From assembly GCA_003345555.1 (NCBI GenBank), contig PRDJ01000042.1, positions 30,001 to 62,000 of the forward strand: a stretch of DNA of 32,000 nt. Direction: 5' to 3'. The number at the start of each line of letters is the position of its first letter. Within the stretch, counting starts at the first letter, position 1. This DNA comes from Candidatus Thorarchaeota archaeon (GTDB lineage: Archaea; Asgardarchaeota; Thorarchaeia; Thorarchaeales; Thorarchaeaceae). Positions 26,610 through 32,000 of the stretch are shown here, in pieces. Below the pieces are notes generated by a model. That model saw only the letters and a list, made by a program, of their open reading frames with translations, did no database searches and was not told the DNA's origin. The position numbers and the translations under genes were made by a program.

Positions 26610-27236
26610 ATGGTGAGGTCGTTGGGTACATTCAGGAAGGCTATGACTTGGGGTCGCAAGAAGCCGGACGTTGCAGAGGTAACCAGTCAGCTTAGAATCC
26701 TAGGCAAAGAGCTCGAGCGAGAGAGAAACAGGCTCGAGAAGGAAGAGACTGAGACCAAGGCTCGAGCGGTGCGGGCTCGGAAAGAGGGCCATGTCGACGC
26801 CTACAAGACCTACGCAGTAGAGATGATCCGGTTCAGGAAGTATGCTTTGTCTGTCGACAAATCGCGGCTTCACCTACTGAGGGTACTCGGCCATATCGTT
26901 CATGCTCAGTCGGCCGCTAAGACGAGCTTGGCAGTAGAAAAGGTCGCCAAGATTCTCGGGATACTAGGTGATGCAAAAGACCCAACAAAGGTTGTTCGGA
27001 GTCTTGATGAGATTACTCGAAGACTGGACGCAATGGAAATCGAAAGCGGGATTTCTGACGAAGCCTTTGACTCTATGAAAGACAGCAAGGTGACGTCAGA
27101 AGAGCTGGCCGCAGCACTGCAGGAGATTGATGCCGAGGCTGGGGCTGCAAAGGTCGTCTCGCGGGCCGGTCCAGCTACAGAGGCTGAGAAACTCGAAGAA
27201 GAGATCAAGTTGCTAGAGAAGGAACTTGGTGTCTAG
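26610..27236 (+). CDS. ESCRT-III subunit, Vps2/24/46 (CHMP1-3) class
   Basis: N-terminal FRKAMTWGRKK helix; ELERERNRLEKEE...ARKEGHVDA resembles CHMP2A ELDRERQKLE...AKQGQMDA; C-terminal MIM1-like LEEEIKLLEKEL. Start uncertain (ATG 26610 or TTG 26622). Confidence 0.88.
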   Translation: MVRSLGTFRKAMTWGRKKPDVAEVTSQLRILGKELERERNRLEKEETETKARAVRARKEGHVDAYKTYAVEMIRFRKYALSVDKSRLHLLRVLGHIVHAQSAAKTSLAVEKVAKILGILGDAKDPTKVVRSLDEITRRLDAMEIESGISDEAFDSMKDSKVTSEELAAALQEIDAEAGAAKVVSRAGPATEAEKLEEEIKLLEKELGV

Positions 27237-27237
27237 A

Positions 27238-28878
27238 CTAGCGCCCAAAGACCTGACGATTCCCAGAAGCCGTTTCTAGTCTTTTTCTCGTTTCAAATGA
27301 ATCTCGCATGAGTCCCTTGTATCTCCTGATGAAATCCTCTGGGACCAGCTGACCGTTCCTCAATAGACGAACCGTTTCTCTAGCGGCATCCTCAATCGTT
27401 ATCGCGTCTCTTCTGAGTCCCATTGTTTCTGCAGAGTCGGGAACCGGAGAAGGCATGCCACCTGCACCGAACAAGCCGCCGAGGTCTCGGCCGAGTCTGT
27501 CGTGATACTGCAAAGGAGCTGTGCGGGCTCCGTTGTCAGATGCGTTTCCGAATGGATAGTACGAAGCCGATCGCCGGTCGTATGGTCCGTATCCAGCAGA
27601 TGCTTGTGTCCCGATGTCAGCTTTTCCACCTGAACACATGAGCGAGTAGGCGAGTTCTTCTACCTTGAGCCTGACATCGCTAATGCTCACGTCGGTCTGT
27701 CCGAGCTTTCTCGTTCGCTGAAGGTCTGACTGCATATACTTGTCGAATTTTCTGGCGATTTCTACATAATCTGGCAGAACACTCTCTGTCTGATCGCTGC
27801 AAGTTATCTTGATATCGCCCTGCTTCATTCTCAGGACTGTTCTCTTTCTCAGCCTGCCATCCTCTTCTAAACCCTTCATGTAAGCAAGGGGTATATCGAA
27901 GACTATGTCGGTTTTCTTTCGGAGTCTTCCGGTTTCAGCAATAAAGACGAGCCTCTTGTTGGTTATGTACAAGGTGCCAGTGGCCTTGTCATTCTTCACG
28001 AAGTCACTGCCTGCGATTCTGATGTCGGGTAACGCACAGACTGGCAGTTCGTTTACAGACAGTTCTGCAGTCTCATAGAACCCCGCGAATTGCTTCCTAT
28101 AGTAGTCCAGTCCGTCCAGCTGCTGTTCGATATCTACTAATGTCAGCCTCGCCTCTTCGATTGCGTCATCAATATTCTTCCGGTATTGACCCACAAGATG
28201 GGTGACACGATTCGTTACTCCGCCTACAAAGGGGAACTGATCGGCAGACCATGCGCTGGAATCGAGGAGCCCCTTGGTCTCAGCAGCCATTTGCCTCGAG
28301 ACTATCTCCGCTTGGCTTGTCACTCTGTTCTTGATGGCAGGGATCTCCATCTCGATGTTCTCAATCTTCTCTTCCAGCCAGCGATAGTGAAGGAAATTCG
28401 CCATCCTGAGAGAAACAAGAAGCCTCTTGGCTGACATCAGCTGGTTGGTGAAATCGCGCAGGCGTGTGTATCCATAGTGGAGTGTGATTATGGCATGACG
28501 CAGGTCTTGAGCCAGCACCTTTCTTTTGTCCTCTACAGACACCGTGTGTGTGGAATGGCACCTGGGACAGATTTCTTCGATTCGCTTCCCAGCACTCAGC
28601 TCTCGAGAGCCGCATTCCGGGCATTTCTCGAACTTCTGCCCTGGGGCGGGAGTGCCAAGGCCGTGGTGGCAATTACTGCATACAATGTGCTCGCTTGACT
28701 TGGTCTCAAGGCATTCCAAGCACAATACCTCTCCGCAATCCTCACAAAGATGCGTGGCTCTATTGCTCTTGCAGACTTTACAGAGCTGGGTAGAGGATTC
28801 GTTACTCAACTGGGTGCCTCCGAACATCTGGGCTTGCATATTGTACTGAGGAGTCATGGATAATTGGCTATGTATCAC
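27238..28878 (-). CDS. Multidomain protein: Zn fingers (six CxxC pairs), helical region, PH/GRAM(GLUE)-like domain, steadiness box (Vps23/TSG101-like ESCRT-I core)
   Basis: 12 Cys in residues 33-107; GTLYITNKRLVF at 301-312; C-terminal IEDAARETVRLLRNGQLVPEDFIRRYKGLMRDSFETR resembles TSG101 IEDTIFYLGEALRRGVIDLDVFLKHVRLLSRKQFQLR. Confidence 0.7.
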   Translation of the reverse strand: MIHSQLSMTPQYNMQAQMFGGTQLSNESSTQLCKVCKSNRATHLCEDCGEVLCLECLETKSSEHIVCSNCHHGLGTPAPGQKFEKCPECGSRELSAGKRIEEICPRCHSTHTVSVEDKRKVLAQDLRHAIITLHYGYTRLRDFTNQLMSAKRLLVSLRMANFLHYRWLEEKIENIEMEIPAIKNRVTSQAEIVSRQMAAETKGLLDSSAWSADQFPFVGGVTNRVTHLVGQYRKNIDDAIEEARLTLVDIEQQLDGLDYYRKQFAGFYETAELSVNELPVCALPDIRIAGSDFVKNDKATGTLYITNKRLVFIAETGRLRKKTDIVFDIPLAYMKGLEEDGRLRKRTVLRMKQGDIKITCSDQTESVLPDYVEIARKFDKYMQSDLQRTRKLGQTDVSISDVRLKVEELAYSLMCSGGKADIGTQASAGYGPYDRRSASYYPFGNASDNGARTAPLQYHDRLGRDLGGLFGAGGMPSPVPDSAETMGLRRDAITIEDAARETVRLLRNGQLVPEDFIRRYKGLMRDSFETRKRLETASGNRQVFGR

Positions 28879-29004
28879 ACTGGTATTAGTCGATGCATGC
28901 TGGTGTTTGGCTAGCTAGTGCACTTGGTACTCTCCAAATGGATTGTCCCGTCCGGATTGGTTATATTACGGGAAGCAAGTTTCGGAACACAAGGCGAATC
29001 ACGC

Positions 29005-30390
29005 ATGAAGACTCTCGCGCAGGCTGCAATTGAAGCCGCTCTCAAGACCGGAGCTGCTTTTGCAGACATCAGGATAGAAAACACAGTTACAACAATCATT
29101 GAAATCGATGATGGAGTCACAAAGAGGTCGATGGCCGCCCAGTTGAAGGGGGCGGGAATAAGAGCATTCTTCGACGGAGCTTGGGCATTCGGTCAAACCA
29201 CGGACCTAACTCCTTCTGCAATGCGAAGTACTGCGGCATCTGTTGCCAAGATGGCTATTGCCACGCACGGCAGAGTCGCAGAGAAGTTCAGCATTGACGG
29301 ACCTGCCTTCGAAGACAATGTCCGTCTCAAGGTGAAACGCCCACTCCAAGATGTGGGTGCGGCGGAGAAGGTTGCATTGGTCAAGATGATAGATGAGCAG
29401 GCTCGAGGTTATGACAAGAGGATAGCAAATGCCCGGACTACGTATGGAGACCTGTGGACCGAGCTGTACGTAGCCAATTCATTGGGTACGAGTGTTTACA
29501 TCGAGAATTCGCTGCCGCGCATTGTCAGTATGGTAACAGCCAAGGACGGAGCCAACAGACAGCGGGCGTTCAAGTCAGCGGGGGCAAGGGGTGGTTTCGA
29601 TGAGATGCAGACCGAACACGCTCAAACAATCGGCGAAGAGTCTTCCAAGTTGGCTGTTGAACTCCTGTCTTCTGTCGCTGCAAAGGGTGGAGTCTATGAT
29701 GTCATCATGGATCCAGTTTTCAATGGAGTAATGGTGCATGAAGCGTTTGGTCATGCTTGCGAGGCAGACAACTGGCCAGCTCATACCACGGTACTAGAAG
29801 ACAAGGTGGAGAAGGTTGTGGGGCCTGAACACCTGAATTTGAGTGATGATCCTACCCTTGAGGGGATGCGTGGTTCGTTTCCTTACGACTGGGAAGGGAC
29901 TAAGACCCGAAAGAGACATCTTGTCAGACGCGGCGTACTTACGGATCTACTGCATGGCCTTGAGTCTTCCAGTCGGCTAAACATGGAACCAAACGGTGCG
30001 GCAAGGGCCCAATCGTTCATGAGTGAGCCGATTCCTCGGATGAGCAACACGTTCATGGAGCCCGGCGACTGGCGTGTTGATGAGCTGATTTCAGACACGC
30101 GCCAAGGAATCCTGCTTTGCGACTTCAACTATGGCTACACGGAGCCATCAAAGGGTCAGTTCATGTTTCAGGCGAGCTATGGATATATGATTGAAGGTGG
30201 AGAAGTTGGCCAGATTGTGCGCGATGTATCAGTTGCAGGACAGATTCTTGATGTACTTCCCAAGATAGATGCCGTGGCGAACGACTTCAGATTGGAAGCA
30301 GGGAGTTGCGGCAAGAACGCTCAGCTGGTTCCGGATATGAGTGGCGGACCTCACGCTCGGGTACGGTCAGTTCCGGTAGGAGGAATGTAA
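29005..30390 (+). CDS. tldD: TldD family metalloprotease
   Basis: AFADIRIE, GIRAF..GAWAF, metal-binding HEAFGHACEAD, PIPRMSNT, and C-terminal CGK. ATG 29005 is preferred. Confidence 0.92.
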   Translation: MKTLAQAAIEAALKTGAAFADIRIENTVTTIIEIDDGVTKRSMAAQLKGAGIRAFFDGAWAFGQTTDLTPSAMRSTAASVAKMAIATHGRVAEKFSIDGPAFEDNVRLKVKRPLQDVGAAEKVALVKMIDEQARGYDKRIANARTTYGDLWTELYVANSLGTSVYIENSLPRIVSMVTAKDGANRQRAFKSAGARGGFDEMQTEHAQTIGEESSKLAVELLSSVAAKGGVYDVIMDPVFNGVMVHEAFGHACEADNWPAHTTVLEDKVEKVVGPEHLNLSDDPTLEGMRGSFPYDWEGTKTRKRHLVRRGVLTDLLHGLESSSRLNMEPNGAARAQSFMSEPIPRMSNTFMEPGDWRVDELISDTRQGILLCDFNYGYTEPSKGQFMFQASYGYMIEGGEVGQIVRDVSVAGQILDVLPKIDAVANDFRLEAGSCGKNAQLVPDMSGGPHARVRSVPVGGM

Positions 30391-30391
30391 G

Positions 30392-31741
30392 ATGACGAAG
30401 CAGCTCACGGACCTAGCAGAGAAGACAGTCAAAGTCGCAGAACGATTGGGCGCTGAGCAGGCGGAGGTCTACATCGGTTCCACACGGTCTTTCTCGATTG
30501 ATGTTGAGAACAATGCTATCAAGAGCGCCGCCGAAAGAAGAGACGCTGGGTGCGGCATTCGATGCGTGTTTGGAAAGAAGATAGGCTTCGCATACGTAAC
30601 CACACTAAACGGTGATGACATCGAAAATGCCTTGCGCAGGTCCATTTCTTTGGCAAAGGCATCAGTCGCTGATCCCGACTTCGTGAGTCTGCCCGGTCCT
30701 GAGTCACGCTACCCCGTTGTGAAGGACTTGTTTGACAAGGGCGTAGAAGGCTTGACTGCTGATGAAGCTGCTGACCTTATCGCAGGATGTCTAGATGCTG
30801 CCAAGGAGCCTCTGCATGGAAGGAAGTATGCCATTCAGGCAGACTTGAGCACTTCTTCGGGTAGCAGAGCAATCGCCAACTCTCTCGGAGTGTCACAGTC
30901 TGCAGAATCGACTTCTATAACAATGTACAGCGAGGTGACAATCAAAGAACAGGCGGACCAAACGTCAAGTTACGAGTATCTGGTGTCGCGTGCACTGAGG
31001 GAGATTAATCCTGAGTGGATCGGCAGGACCGCTTCGGAGAATGCATTGCGCAATCTCGGAGCGAAGACTATCGAAGGCGGCGACATGTCAGTAATCATGA
31101 CACCTCTGGCCGTAAGCATGGTTGTCGGATCAGGTTTTGCAGATGCCGTCAACGCAGAAGAGGTTCAACAGGGACGTTCCTACATCTCAGATGCAATTGG
31201 CTCGGAAGTTGCATCGGATGAATTACATATCGTGGATGATGGTTTGCTCAAGGGCGGAGTAGGGTCACGAGCATTTGATGCAGAAGGTGCCCTTTCTCAA
31301 CGGACTCAGGTGCTGAAACGCGGTGTGTTGCGGAGTCTGCTCCATAGCTCTTACACCGCTAACAAGGATCGGGTTCCCAATACCGGGAATGCTTCTCGGC
31401 CTTCCTACGCTGGCATACCAATGATTGCCACTACCAACTTCGTGATTGAGCCTGGGCGCGGCATGCTTGAAGATCTCGTCTCAGAAGTGAAGAAGGGCGT
31501 CCTCTGCATGAATACATTCGATCGACCGAACATGACCACGGGCGATCTGAGCGCAATGGTGAGCGAAGGTTTCTACATAGAGGACGGCGAACTCAGACAA
31601 GGAGTCAAGAGTACTCTCATAGGCATCAACATGCGTGACCTTCTCAAGAGGGTCATTCGTGTCGGTGCAGACACGAGAGCAACAGGCCGCATGGTGACCC
31701 CTTCCATCGTGATTGATTCTGCCAAGATAACCTCCGGATGA
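30392..31741 (+). CDS. tldE: TldE/PmbA family protein
   Basis: AEQAEVY, G.RC..GKKIGFAY, FDAEG, TGNASR. Lacks the HExxH motif and sits 1 bp after tldD. Confidence 0.9.
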   Translation: MTKQLTDLAEKTVKVAERLGAEQAEVYIGSTRSFSIDVENNAIKSAAERRDAGCGIRCVFGKKIGFAYVTTLNGDDIENALRRSISLAKASVADPDFVSLPGPESRYPVVKDLFDKGVEGLTADEAADLIAGCLDAAKEPLHGRKYAIQADLSTSSGSRAIANSLGVSQSAESTSITMYSEVTIKEQADQTSSYEYLVSRALREINPEWIGRTASENALRNLGAKTIEGGDMSVIMTPLAVSMVVGSGFADAVNAEEVQQGRSYISDAIGSEVASDELHIVDDGLLKGGVGSRAFDAEGALSQRTQVLKRGVLRSLLHSSYTANKDRVPNTGNASRPSYAGIPMIATTNFVIEPGRGMLEDLVSEVKKGVLCMNTFDRPNMTTGDLSAMVSEGFYIEDGELRQGVKSTLIGINMRDLLKRVIRVGADTRATGRMVTPSIVIDSAKITSG

Positions 31742-31742
31742 A

Positions 31743-32000
31743 TCACATGCGTTCGACAGCTTGAATACCGAGTATTCTCAGACAGTTTGCCATAGTTGTT
31801 CTAAATGCTTTCACGAGTTCGAGCCGCGCTGTCGCTATGGCAGGCTCTGCCTTGAGTACGGGGCATGAGTCATAGAACTTGCTGAAGAGGTTCGCAAGAC
31901 CATAACCATAGGAGGAAATCTTGTTCGAGTAGAAGCTCGTCCCCCACATAGTTTTCTTCAGACTTCTCACGGTCTCAAGAATCTCTTCCGGGAACATCGC
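31743..32000 (-). CDS. argS: Arginyl-tRNA synthetase, C-terminal DALR anticodon-binding domain (partial; 5' part is outside the window)
   Basis: FPE......Y.Y.LANLFSKFYDSCPVL.AE...ARLELV......L.ILGI...ERM*. The frame stays open to the window edge. Confidence 0.85.
   Translation of the reverse strand, partial: AMFPEEILETVRSLKKTMWGTSFYSNKISSYGYGLANLFSKFYDSCPVLKAEPAIATARLELVKAFRTTMANCLRILGIQAVERM

Noticed and set aside
29005-31741. tldD-tldE as part of the ESCRT system or a RiPP cluster
   Set aside because: A common housekeeping pair, transcribed divergently from the ESCRT locus, with no precursor peptide or maturase nearby.

Overview
This is a gene-dense archaeal chromosomal segment of roughly 50% GC. 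The eukaryote-like ESCRT genes point to an Asgard archaeon, and Thorarchaeota is my guess from GC content (inference). Left to right it holds: (1) a double-strand-break repair operon, nurA-herA-mre11-rad50; (2) two tandem GT-C-fold membrane glycosyltransferase paralogs; (3) an IFT52/GldG-like (GIFT) coiled-coil protein; (4) HIT and PPC/DUF296 proteins; (5) a PolB1-type DNA polymerase; (6) a glycoside-hydrolase-like barrel protein; (7) a protein with a methanogenesis-marker-9-like Cys module and a zinc ribbon; (8) two small membrane paralogs; (9) a class III aminotransferase; (10) a solitary m4C-type DNA methyltransferase facing away from a frame-broken winged-helix gene; (11) aspS; (12) a low-GC spacer bounded by direct repeats; (13) a five-gene ESCRT locus; (14) tldD-tldE; (15) the 3' end of argS. 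The most interesting signal is the ESCRT locus. An ESCRT-I Vps28-like N-terminal module appears fused directly to an ESCRT-II Vps22/36 domain. A neighbouring gene combines multiple Zn fingers, a helical region, a PH/GRAM(GLUE)-like domain and a C-terminal Vps23/TSG101-like steadiness box, with no UEV domain. I saw no rRNA, tRNA, CRISPR array or transposase. All family assignments come from motif recognition by eye; no database search was run.
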